From Aliarcobacter cibarius (GTDB taxonomy: Bacteria > Campylobacterota > Campylobacteria > Campylobacterales > Arcobacteraceae), in the NCBI RefSeq assembly GCF_013372265.1, contig NZ_CP054051.1:972587-1004586 (forward strand): 32,000 nucleotides of DNA. The letters run 5' to 3'. The notes under the pieces were generated by a model, which saw only the letters and a program-made list of their open reading frames with translations, had not been told where the DNA came from and made no database searches. Positions 1 to 7,905 of the stretch are shown here, piece by piece (positions within the stretch are counted from its first letter, which is position 1; each line of letters opens with the position of its first letter). The position numbers and the translations under genes were made by a program.

Positions 1-1251
1 AAGCTCTTTTTCATCTATAAAAACATCTTCTAAATTTTTTGCAAAATCTAAAGCTTCTTCGTGGCTTAGAGCAAATCTTTGAGTTGATGATATTACTCCT
101 AAACCTTTTTTATGAGCTTCTAAAAGAACTTTAAATGCTTCATTAAAATCTTTTTTTGCAAGATTTGAAAGTAATCTTGTTTTTTGATTTTTATTCATAG
201 GATCAATTATTGGATTTAATACAATTCCTCCAGCAATTGTTTCGTTTTGATTTCTTAAAATTAATTTTTCACCAAAAATAGAGTAAATATTTTCATCTGC
301 TTTTATTGTTGCAAACCCTTTCTCAAGAGTAGTTAAGCTATCAAAAAGTAAAACTTTAACATCTAATTTTTTTGCACCAATAAATAGTGTATAAATTTGA
401 TTGTGATTTAATTTTTTATCTTTTAGACAATTAAAGCTAATATCAATAGAGTTAAATCCTCTTAAAAATCCTTTTTTAGAGATAATATTACCTCTTTTTA
501 AAAGATCTTTGTCAATATTTGAAAGATTTAAAGCGGCTCTATTGGAGATATTTGCTTCAAGTACATTTTGGTTATGTACTTGAATATTTTTTATTTTTGT
601 CTCTTTTTGTAAATGTGGTAAAAATACTTTCTCTTCTAATTCTATTTTTTTACCTAAAACAGTACCAGTAACTACTGTACCAATACCTTTTACACTAAAT
701 ACTCTATCTATATAAAATCTAAAAAAGTTTTCAGACTCTTTTTGATTACTATTTATAGAAAAAAGTGCATTTTTTAAATCATTTATAGAATTTTCATCAT
801 AAACTGATACTCTTTTTATAAATTTTATATCAAAATTGTAAGATTTTAAATAGTCTAGGATGGATTTCTCTTGTTCTTCTAGAAAATTTTCATCTACCAA
901 ATCTTTTTTCGTGATAACAATAATTAGATTTTTTACTCCTAAAAGTTCTAAGATTTGAATATGCTCAATAGTTTGGGGCATAATTCCTTCTTTTGCACTA
1001 ATTACAAGCATTACATAATCAAATCCAAAAGCTCCAGCAATCATGTTTTTTATAAGTTTTTCGTGCCCTGGTACGTCTATAAAAGCTATATTTCTTTGAC
1101 CAAAAGATAGATTAGAAAAACTCAAATCTATTGTTATTCCTCTTTGCTTTTCTTCATTTGTGCTATCACCTTCAAAACCATTTAAGGCATGAATAAGTGC
1201 TGTTTTACCATGGTCTATATGACCTGCTGTTCCTATTATGATATTAGCCAT
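1..1251 (-). CDS. selB: Selenocysteine-specific elongation factor SelB, N-terminal ~417 codons (3' end lies left of the window)
   Basis: Not in the ORF track (no stop in window). My translation from ATG 1251-1249 gives MANIIIGTAGHIDHGKTALIHALNGFEGDSTNEEKQRGITIDL...IDVPGHEKLIKNMIAGAFGF...LIIVITKKD, which carries the G1, G3 and G4 GTPase boxes. The frame is open to position 1. The start overlaps the selA stop (1244-1246) by 8 nt. It is adjacent to selA and tRNA-Sec. Confidence 0.9.
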   Translation of the reverse strand, partial: MANIIIGTAGHIDHGKTALIHALNGFEGDSTNEEKQRGITIDLSFSNLSFGQRNIAFIDVPGHEKLIKNMIAGAFGFDYVMLVISAKEGIMPQTIEHIQILELLGVKNLIIVITKKDLVDENFLEEQEKSILDYLKSYNFDIKFIKRVSVYDENSINDLKNALFSINSNQKESENFFRFYIDRVFSVKGIGTVVTGTVLGKKIELEEKVFLPHLQKETKIKNIQVHNQNVLEANISNRAALNLSNIDKDLLKRGNIISKKGFLRGFNSIDISFNCLKDKKLNHNQIYTLFIGAKKLDVKVLLFDSLTTLEKGFATIKADENIYSIFGEKLILRNQNETIAGGIVLNPIIDPMNKNQKTRLLSNLAKKDFNEAFKVLLEAHKKGLGVISSTQRFALSHEEALDFAKNLEDVFIDEKEL

Positions 1252-2593
1252 TTTTAAAAATCTCTTTTAAAATATTTTCTAGTTTTTCTAAATCTTCTTC
1301 TAAAATTGTTCTAAAATCAAGTAAAACTTTATCATTTTCAATTCGACTTATAATTAAATTATCTCTTAAAATTTTTTCAATTTTATTTGCTTTAAAATCT
1401 TTAAATTCTAAACTTAGTGCAACAGTTGGAATTTTCCTATTTGGAGTTGTTCCTCCACCAACTAATGTATTAGTATTTAAAACTTCTGTTTTTAAAATAT
1501 TTTCTAAAGATTTTTGAACTTTTTTTGCTCTATTTTCTAGCATCTCTATACTTGTATTTAGCATTTTTAATGTTGGAATTTTATCAAGTTCATTTTTTAG
1601 ATATAAATTAATACTCTCTTCTAAAAGTGCTAGAGTTATTTTATCAACTCTTAGCATTCTTAAAAGTTGATTCTTTTTTATTTTTGATATTAGTTCTTTT
1701 TTCCCTATGATAATTCCCGCTTGAACACTTCCTAAAAGTTTATCTCCTGAAAAACTGAGTAAACTAGGATTTTGTTTCATAAGTTCTTTAATACTTGGTT
1801 CATTTTTTCCTAATCCATAAGGAAGTTCATCAATATGACCACTTCCCATATCATAATAGTCTATTAGATTATGTTGTTTTGCAAGATTTGATATATCTTC
1901 AAATTTTACTTCACTTGAAAATCCAACTATTTCATAATTTGATTTATGTACTTTCATAAGCATAGAAGTTTTTTCACAAATGGCATTTTCATAGTCTCTT
2001 AGATGAGTTTTATTTGTAGTTCCAATCTCTTTTAATATTGCACCACTTTGATTCATAACTTCAGGAACTCTAAAACTTCCACCAATTTCTACAAGTTCTC
2101 CTCGGCTTACAACAACTTCTTTATTCTTACAAAATGTATTTAAGATTAAAAAAACAGCACTTGCATTGTTATTTACTACTAAAGCATCTTCACAATCTAA
2201 AAGTTCTTTTAAACTTTTTGTGATGTGCTCATATCTTTCACCTCTTTGTCCTTTTTGTAAATCATATTCTAAATTATTGTAAGAAGTAGCTATATTAAAT
2301 GCTTTTTCTAGAGTTTCTTTATGAAGTAAACTTCTTCCTAAATTTGTGTGAACTATTATACCAGTTGCATTTATTAGAGGTTTTAAAGAAGAAGATGTAA
2401 TATTTTTATATTCATCAATAACATCTTTTATTAGTAAATTTTCATCAAAACTAAGTATTTTGTTTTGTAAAATATTTTCTCTTAAATTTGATATTTTTTC
2501 TTTAGATATTTTAGTGATTAACGATTTTGCTAACCCTTCAAAAGCTATGTTTGTGATAAACCTATCAACCTTTGGAATGGATTTTAATAACAT
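1244..2593 (-). CDS. selA: L-seryl-tRNA(Sec) selenium transferase (selenocysteine synthase)
   Basis: 449-aa ORF. It has NATGIIVHTNLGRS and the PLP-lysine motif FSGDKLLGSVQAGIIIGKK (E. coli SelA has FSGDKLLGGPQAGIIVGKK). It is translationally coupled to selB and divergent from tRNA-Sec. Confidence 0.93.
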   Translation of the reverse strand: MLLKSIPKVDRFITNIAFEGLAKSLITKISKEKISNLRENILQNKILSFDENLLIKDVIDEYKNITSSSLKPLINATGIIVHTNLGRSLLHKETLEKAFNIATSYNNLEYDLQKGQRGERYEHITKSLKELLDCEDALVVNNNASAVFLILNTFCKNKEVVVSRGELVEIGGSFRVPEVMNQSGAILKEIGTTNKTHLRDYENAICEKTSMLMKVHKSNYEIVGFSSEVKFEDISNLAKQHNLIDYYDMGSGHIDELPYGLGKNEPSIKELMKQNPSLLSFSGDKLLGSVQAGIIIGKKELISKIKKNQLLRMLRVDKITLALLEESINLYLKNELDKIPTLKMLNTSIEMLENRAKKVQKSLENILKTEVLNTNTLVGGGTTPNRKIPTVALSLEFKDFKANKIEKILRDNLIISRIENDKVLLDFRTILEEDLEKLENILKEIFKNG

Positions 2594-2650
2594 ATAATAA
2601 ACCTTTTAATAGTTGTTTAAAGAGAACTATTATACTATTTTATCCTTTAT

Positions 2651-2749
2651 GGAAGGTATGTGTATCTGGTGAGCACCACAGGCTTCAACCCTGATTGTCG
2701 GTTTTTGTGTAAACGCCGAGAGAGGTTCAATTCCTCTACCTTCTCGCCA
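2651..2749 (+). tRNA. selC: tRNA-Sec (anticodon UCA at 2685-2687)
   Basis: The sequence is GGAAGGTATGTGTATCTGGTGAGCACCACAGGCTTCAACCCTGATTGTCGGTTTTTGTGTAAACGCCGAGAGAGGTTCAATTCCTCTACCTTCTCGCCA. It shares these features with E. coli selC: a GGAAG 5' end, a TGGTGAG D-loop, a CTTCAA anticodon loop, a long variable arm, an AGAGG/CCTCT T-stem around TTCAATT, and an encoded GCCA end. Length is 99 nt. It stands out as GC-rich in AT-rich DNA. The acceptor pairing needs one bulge or a G:U pair by my hand fold. Confidence 0.9.
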
Positions 2750-2929
2750 TAATATTATTTTTAAAATTACCATTAAATAGTACTTTATCTACAAAAAAAC
2801 AAAACAAATGCCAATTAATTTCAATCTACAAAATAAAATTTAAAAACTAAAATAAAATCATTTTAAATACTTTTTATGTCAATTTATGCCAATATTGTTG
2901 GGAAATTCGTTGGGAAAATAAAAGGCATC

Positions 2930-3166
2930 ATGGCATTAGAAAAAACTGGCACACCAGGTGTGTATAAAAGAGAAAGAATCAAAGATACAACTTACTACAT
3001 AAGATATCGTAAAAATGGTAAAGTTGTAGATGAAAAAGTTGGTACAAAATCTGATGGATTTAATATAACAAAAGCTAAAAAAGTATTACTAAAAAAACAG
3101 TTGAATAGTGAAGATAACGACACATCAAACTCTAGTTTATCTAGAAAATCACTATTACTCCCCTAA
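2930..3166 (+). pseudogene. Tyrosine integrase, N-terminal arm-binding-domain stub only (truncated)
   Basis: MALEKTGTPGVYKRERIKDTTYYIRYRKNGKVVDEKVG resembles the lambda Int arm-binding N-terminus (PPNLYIRNNGYYCYRDPRTGKEFGLG). The ORF stops after ~80 codons, with no core-binding or catalytic R-H-R-Y domain. It lies 180 nt 3' of tRNA-Sec. The track ORF starts at 2876, but the RBS-like AAAAGG favours ATG 2930. Confidence 0.6.
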
Positions 3167-3181
3167 CTAAATACCCAAAAA

Positions 3182-3859
3182 TCAACCAGCATACTGAACC
3201 TTTGGATGTTTAAAAAAGTTAGCTACTTTTTGTGGATTATTTTGAATTGACAGCATATATTTTTCAGTATTATTTCTTAGTTCTTTTTGTGTTGTTGGCA
3301 ATTCATATTTATTAGCACTTTGTTTATAATCTTGATTTAGATATTCATCTGGATTATAATCAGGTGAATAAGCTGGAAGATAAAATAGTTTTATTTTATC
3401 TTTATTCTCTTCTTCCCATGCTTTTACTATCTTTGCATGATGAACTCTTAGGTTATCTACAATTAAAAATACTTTTTTACCACTATTTGAATCGATAACT
3501 TTTTTACAAAATTCTATAAAACTATCAATCTTTATAGATTCATCATATAGACTAAACATAGATTTGCCTGTATTTGTTATTGCACTAATCATATTTATCT
3601 TAAATTTTTTTGCAGTATGTTCTAATACTGGTTTATTATATGTACCAATAGGAGCATATCCTTTAAGATTATTTGCTAGATTTTGACAAGCTGTCTCATC
3701 ACACCACCATATATCTGCATTATCTTTTTTTGCTTCTTTTTTTATTTTTGGATATATTTCTTCTAACCAAGCTTTTGTTGCGCTATCTTTTCTCTCATAA
3801 GCTCTTTTTATTGGCTTTTTACTTGTAAATTGCCATTTACCCATACTAAGTTTCTCCAT
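3182..3859 (-). pseudogene. IS630-family (Tc1/mariner-like DDE_3) transposase, 5'-truncated (catalytic half only)
   Basis: 225 aa with WWCDETAC, LIVDNLRVHHAK and YSPDYNPDEYLNQD (the D, D, D/E triad context of IS630). The ~110-aa N-terminal HTH region is missing, and no ORF for it exists upstream (3860-4200, minus strand). Confidence 0.8.
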
Positions 3860-3944
3860 AATTTACTCCAAAATAATATTTTTGGAGTTAGTTTATCTCT
3901 TGAGACTTGTAAAAATTATTTCGCCAACAAAATTTCCAAATTTA

Positions 3945-4056
3945 TTTCACAAATGTTTCAAAAAATGGAAACATAAAAGTGAAATAGGTGGAAACAAGTT
4001 AGTGAAACAAGTGGAAACTTATTTGTGAAATGGGTGGAAACATTGATGTGAAATCT
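3945..4056 (+). repeat. Iteron-like array: dyad ATGTTTC-N8-GAAACAT followed by 3.4 direct 23-bp units
   Basis: The units are GTGAAATAGGTGGAAACAAGTTA (3979-4001), GTGAAACAAGTGGAAACTTATTT (4002-4024), GTGAAATGGGTGGAAACATTGAT (4025-4047) and GTGAAATC... (4048-). The period is exactly 23 bp. An inverted copy of the motif (TTTCACAAATGTTTC, 3945-3959) lies upstream. Confidence 0.85.
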
Positions 4057-4100
4057 CTACTAATATTGAAACTACAATAAAACATTATTTAAAATTTGCA

Positions 4101-4335
4101 CCTGATTTTGCAATAGATTCTATAGCAGCTTTTGAAAACTATATTTTATAGCTTTCCAAGAGCTGTTATATATTTTGCTAGATTTTCAAGAGGAAAGAGG
4201 ACAAGGCCTCCTTGTTTAGAGTAGCTTGGAAGTGCTGATTTTTCATCTATTCTTCTATTTAAAGTTCTAAGAGAGATACCATCTCATAGAATTGAAATTG
4301 AAGGTGATTCTTTAAGACCAAAATACTCAAATTTG
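4101..4335 (-). pseudogene. IS1380-family element remnant: one terminal IR plus decayed transposase 3' end
   Basis: CCTGATTTTGCAATAG (4101-4116) matches the left IRs of the two intact copies (CCCGGATTTTGCAATAG, CCCAGATTATGCAATAG). The minus-strand translation just inside reads ...MVSLRTLNRRIDEKSALPSYSKQGGLVLFPLENLAKYITALGKL*. This loosely parallels the transposase C-termini (..MQLSTLRSY..NEKVLNISLPRKRRSWMDGLFENIKQ..). Confidence 0.6.
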
Positions 4336-4359
4336 AATCAAAAATTTGAAAATAATTAA

Positions 4360-4425
4360 TTCAACCGGACACATTGTGTTATAATTACACCCTAGAAAAT
4401 CTCATTGCAAAAGTGTCCGGTTGAA
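4360..4425. repeat. Perfect 13-bp inverted repeat TTCAACCGGACAC / GTGTCCGGTTGAA with 40-nt spacer
   Basis: Read directly: arms at 4360-4372 and 4413-4425. This is the GC-richest patch of a non-coding region. The spacer contains an inner GTGT..ACAC hairpin, and a CCGGTTGAACTCCGG mini-hairpin follows. Confidence 0.7.
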
Positions 4426-4494
4426 CTCCGGCATTCCTGTCCGAATACTCCGATATATGCAGTGGTTATCTAAAATTTATTTAAAACAAGTAAC

Positions 4495-4526
4495 TGTGTA
4501 ATAGAATTTATTTCGATTCCTCTACC
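4495..4526 (+). repeat. Degenerate copy of the 3' part of tRNA-Sec (possible distal att remnant)
   Basis: TGTGTAA-N10-TTCGATTCCTCTACC (4495-4526) compares with TGTGTAA-N13-TTCAATTCCTCTACC in tRNA-Sec (2706-2740). The T-loop/T-stem block matches 14 of 15 positions. No 5' half or acceptor partner is present. Confidence 0.45.
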
Positions 4527-4604
4527 CGGCACTTTCTTTATAAAAGACTTATAGACACTTTTATTAAAACCGATACCTCAGTTGACACCTCTAGTGATTG
4601 ACTT

Positions 4605-4961
4605 TTATGTGCTTAATACAGATAAAATAGCCAAAAATCCGATTATTGCAGCCGTAATACTTAAAATTAGTACCATTCCTGCTAGCATGTCTTTTATTTT
4701 ACCAATTTTTTCATGTAATTCAGGGTGTAAATAGTCAATTAAAGCTTCAATTGCAGAATTTAACAATTCTGAAGCAATAATCAATCCTATACATAAAATT
4801 ATCAAAGCCCACCAAAAAATGGAAATTTTAAAATATGAGAATAAGCATATTACTATTAGAGCTGAAATTAAATGTCTTTGCATATTATGTTCATTTTTAG
4901 TAGCATAAACAATTCCATTAAATGCAAATTTTAGTTTTTTCCATATTGATTGATTTTTCAT
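4605..4961 (-). CDS. dgkA: Diacylglycerol kinase / undecaprenol kinase family (DgkA, 3 TM)
   Basis: 118 aa. It has an N-terminal amphipathic KKLKFAFNGIVYATKNEHNMQRH, then three TM segments and the SELLNSAIEALIDY motif (E. coli DgkA: ELLNSAIEAVVD). Confidence 0.85.
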   Translation of the reverse strand: MKNQSIWKKLKFAFNGIVYATKNEHNMQRHLISALIVICLFSYFKISIFWWALIILCIGLIIASELLNSAIEALIDYLHPELHEKIGKIKDMLAGMVLILSITAAIIGFLAILSVLST

Positions 4962-4966
4962 AATTT

Positions 4967-5848
4967 TTACTTTAATTTAATATATTTTTTGTAATTTAAC
5001 CATTCATATAAGCTAACTGCAATTACAAACCATAAAGCACCAAGTAATAATCCTGCCATTACGTCTGTTATATAATGAACACCAATAATAATACGACTAG
5101 ATGCTAACAATAATGCAAAAGTACTACCTAAAAAAGTTATTATAATACGAATGTTACAACTAGTTTGACGTCTCCACCATATATAAAATAATAAAGCATA
5201 AAATGCTATGCTAACAGCTGCATGTCCACTTGGAAAAGAGGGAGTGTGTTCAAAAAAGATTGCCTCAACTGGACGTGAACGTAGGAAAAAATATTTTGAT
5301 AGCCATACATTAGATATAGCTCCAAAAACACTTATTATTAAGGGCATTGACCAAAAATAATTGTATTTAAAAATCATTATTAAAGATATTATAGTTAATA
5401 AAGAAAAAACAGTTTCACCGTTTCCAAATAAAGTTATGTAATGAAAAAAGTTTACAATTGATTCTGTTCTAATTAATGCAACATTTTTTGCAACCCAATA
5501 GTCTATTTGAATAATAAAATCTTGTTCAATAAACTCTTCAGTAACACCTGAAAGTAGAAAAAATAAACTTACAAATATAATAGAAGCTAAAGTTAAATTT
5601 AATCCACTCAGTTTACTATTATCAAAACGTTGTATTAAAAAATCTCTAGTTTTTGGGAAAGGAATTAATAGTTTTCTAAAAAATAAACGATATTTTCTAT
5701 ATATATTTTTACAAAACTTTGTAATTTCACATCCCCAATAAAACATAATCAACCAAAATATAAACCAAATTATTACAAAAAAATAACCTATATATTTAAT
5801 TATAAAAGTACTGTATTCTTGAATCCATGATAATATAATTTGATCCAT
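4967..5848 (-). CDS. PAP2-family membrane lipid phosphatase
   Basis: 293 aa, polytopic. It carries the PAP2 signature blocks KYFFLRSRP (KxxxxxxRP), SFPSGHA (PSGH) and SRIIIGVHYITDV (SRxxxxxHxxxD). Confidence 0.85.
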   Translation of the reverse strand: MDQIILSWIQEYSTFIIKYIGYFFVIIWFIFWLIMFYWGCEITKFCKNIYRKYRLFFRKLLIPFPKTRDFLIQRFDNSKLSGLNLTLASIIFVSLFFLLSGVTEEFIEQDFIIQIDYWVAKNVALIRTESIVNFFHYITLFGNGETVFSLLTIISLIMIFKYNYFWSMPLIISVFGAISNVWLSKYFFLRSRPVEAIFFEHTPSFPSGHAAVSIAFYALLFYIWWRRQTSCNIRIIITFLGSTFALLLASSRIIIGVHYITDVMAGLLLGALWFVIAVSLYEWLNYKKYIKLK

Positions 5849-5860
5849 TGTTGATTCCTA

Positions 5861-7243
5861 TTAAGTGTAAGTTTTGTTAAATGATATGGTCACTGTTGTT
5901 TCAATATTTTCTTTACTTTCTATGGTTATTTGTCCTTTGTGAATATCTACTATTTTTTTTAGAATTGACATTCCAAGTCCTGTACCACCTGAATTTTTAT
6001 TTCTACTTTTATCTGTTCTATAAAATTTTTCAAATATATTTTTTTGTTCATTAAGTGGAATTCCTATTCCAAAATCTTTAATTGAAATATTTAATAATCC
6101 ATCTTTTTCAAATATTTTAACTATGACTTTTGAATTTTCAAAGCTAAATTGAATAGCATTTTTTAAAACATTTTTTATTGCGATTTTTAATAAATTTGAA
6201 AAACCAAAAAATTCTAAATTATCTTCAACTTCAAAAACTATTTCAACTTTATGAAGTTTTGCAAAATTTTTTAGTTCATTTATTGATTCATCTACAACTT
6301 CATCTAGATAAAAAAATTCTTTTCTATCTGTAATAATCTCATTTTCATTTTTAGCTAAAAATAATAAATCATTTATTGTTTGCTCTATTCCAGAAAGTTC
6401 ACATAATGATGTATTTATAGTCTCTTTGTATTCTTCTATACTTCTATCTTTTCTTAAGGCTATTTCTAATTCACCTTTTATTATTGTAAGTGGTGTTTTT
6501 AATTCGTGAGATGCATCTGAACTAAACTGAGAAATTTTTTCAAAAGAGTTTTCAAGTCTAGATAAAAGATTGTTGATTTCATTCACTAATTCAGAAATTT
6601 CATCTTTTATTTCTCTTGGTTTTAATCTAGATGATAAATCATTCGCATTTATTTGTTTTAATTCAAATAAAATATTTCTAAAAGGATAAAATGATTTATA
6701 AATTATGAAATTTCCTCCAATAACAGCAAAAATCAGAATTATTGGAAAGATAAAATATAGTATATAAAGAAGATTTTCTAGAGTTGTTGTTATAACATCT
6801 TTTGTTGTAATAGCTTCTATAATTACGGTTTGTTCATTATGATAATTAATTTTTATTCTACTTATAAAATAGTTTTTTTGCTCTTCAAAGCTTATAGTAT
6901 TTGATTTTAAATTAGATAAATATTTTTCATTATTTATGATATCTTTTGGAAAATTATCTGTTTGAATTATTTTTTCAAAGTTTTTATCATTTAAAATTCT
7001 AATGAAAAGTGGTTCGTATTTGTACTCTTTTTCTTCATCTAAAAGAGCATCTAAAATTTTATTCTTTTCTTGTAAATCATCTGTTATATCAAGAATTATA
7101 ACTTTTAGAGTTGCTTCAAGTTTATCTATAGTTGAAATTTCTATAGCTTTGTATAAAGAAAATGAAAAAATTACTAAAACAATAATTTGGATTAAAAAAT
7201 GGTAGGCTAAAAGTCTTTTTTTTATTGATAAATTAATCTTCAC
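5861..7243 (-). CDS. Sensor histidine kinase (two TM segments, ~140-aa periplasmic loop, HisKA + HATPase_c)
   Basis: H-box SSDASHELKTPLT, N-box VLKNAIQFS, G1 DFGIGIP, G2 GGTGLGMSI. It overlaps the upstream RR gene by 11 nt. Confidence 0.9.
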   Translation of the reverse strand: MKINLSIKKRLLAYHFLIQIIVLVIFSFSLYKAIEISTIDKLEATLKVIILDITDDLQEKNKILDALLDEEKEYKYEPLFIRILNDKNFEKIIQTDNFPKDIINNEKYLSNLKSNTISFEEQKNYFISRIKINYHNEQTVIIEAITTKDVITTTLENLLYILYFIFPIILIFAVIGGNFIIYKSFYPFRNILFELKQINANDLSSRLKPREIKDEISELVNEINNLLSRLENSFEKISQFSSDASHELKTPLTIIKGELEIALRKDRSIEEYKETINTSLCELSGIEQTINDLLFLAKNENEIITDRKEFFYLDEVVDESINELKNFAKLHKVEIVFEVEDNLEFFGFSNLLKIAIKNVLKNAIQFSFENSKVIVKIFEKDGLLNISIKDFGIGIPLNEQKNIFEKFYRTDKSRNKNSGGTGLGMSILKKIVDIHKGQITIESKENIETTVTISFNKTYT

Positions 7244-7901
7244 TAATTTTAAATCCTATTCCTCTTATAGTTTTAATAAGCTTTTTATCAAAATCTTTAT
7301 CTATTTTATTTCTAAGTCTATAAATGTATACATTTACAATATTACTTATATTTGAATCTTCAAAAGATGATAAGGCTTCATTTATTGTTGTTTCACTTAA
7401 AACTCTATTTTTGTTTTTAATTAAATATTCTAAGAGTGAAAACTCTTTTGCTGTTAGAGGTATATTTTTATTTGCTCTAACTGCTGTTTTATTTAACAAA
7501 TCAAGTTCTAAATCTGCTATTGAAAGCTTTGTTGATAAAGAGTTTGTTGTTCTTAATTGAACTCTAATTCTTGCTAATAGTTCAGCAAAAGAAAAAGGTT
7601 TTGCTAAATAATCATTTGCTCCTATATCTAAACCTTTTATTTTATCTTCAATTGAATCTTTTGCAGTTAACATAATAATTGGAGTTTGAATATTTGAACT
7701 TCTTAAACTTTTACAAACTTCAATTCCATCTTTAATTGGAATCATAATATCAAGCAAGATGAGGTTATATTCATTTACACTGGCAAGGTATAGACCATCA
7801 TCTCCATTTGTAGCAAAATCTACTATATAACACTCTTCTTCTAAACCTTTTTTTAAAAAGTTTATGATTTTTAAATCATCTTCTATTATTAATATCTTCA
7901 T
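7233..7901 (-). CDS. OmpR/PhoB-family response regulator
   Basis: The receiver has IIEDD, LILLDIMIP (phospho-Asp) and LTAKD..KPF. The C-terminal winged helix reads LTAKEFSLLEYL...IRGIGFKI. Confidence 0.92.
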   Translation of the reverse strand: MKILIIEDDLKIINFLKKGLEEECYIVDFATNGDDGLYLASVNEYNLILLDIMIPIKDGIEVCKSLRSSNIQTPIIMLTAKDSIEDKIKGLDIGANDYLAKPFSFAELLARIRVQLRTTNSLSTKLSIADLELDLLNKTAVRANKNIPLTAKEFSLLEYLIKNKNRVLSETTINEALSSFEDSNISNIVNVYIYRLRNKIDKDFDKKLIKTIRGIGFKISED

Positions 7902-7905
7902 AAGA

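Noticed and set aside
2876-2929. The 18-codon N-terminal extension of the integrase stub (MSIYANIVGKFVGKIKGI)
   Set aside because: There is no RBS before 2876, and the integrase-like similarity begins at the internal Met (2930), which has an AAAAGG upstream. The extension is probably an artefact of longest-ORF calling.
3979-4056. The 23-bp tandem repeats as a CRISPR array
   Set aside because: The units are contiguous with no spacers, the period is only 23 bp, there are only 3.4 units, and no cas genes are present. An iteron or arm-site array fits better.
4441-4531. An intact tRNA or tmRNA ending at TTCGATTCCTCTACCCGGCAC
   Set aside because: I could not build a T-stem 5' arm, an anticodon arm or a complementary acceptor 5' strand upstream. 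Only the 3' part is tRNA-like, so it is treated as a fragment or att remnant.
7002-7560. Plus-strand ORFs 7002-7205 (67 aa) and 7324-7560 (78 aa)
   Set aside because: They lie entirely antisense within the histidine kinase and response regulator genes. Their composition is low-complexity and Ser/Phe/Lys-rich, as expected from reading AT-rich coding DNA backwards. There is no RBS and no motif.
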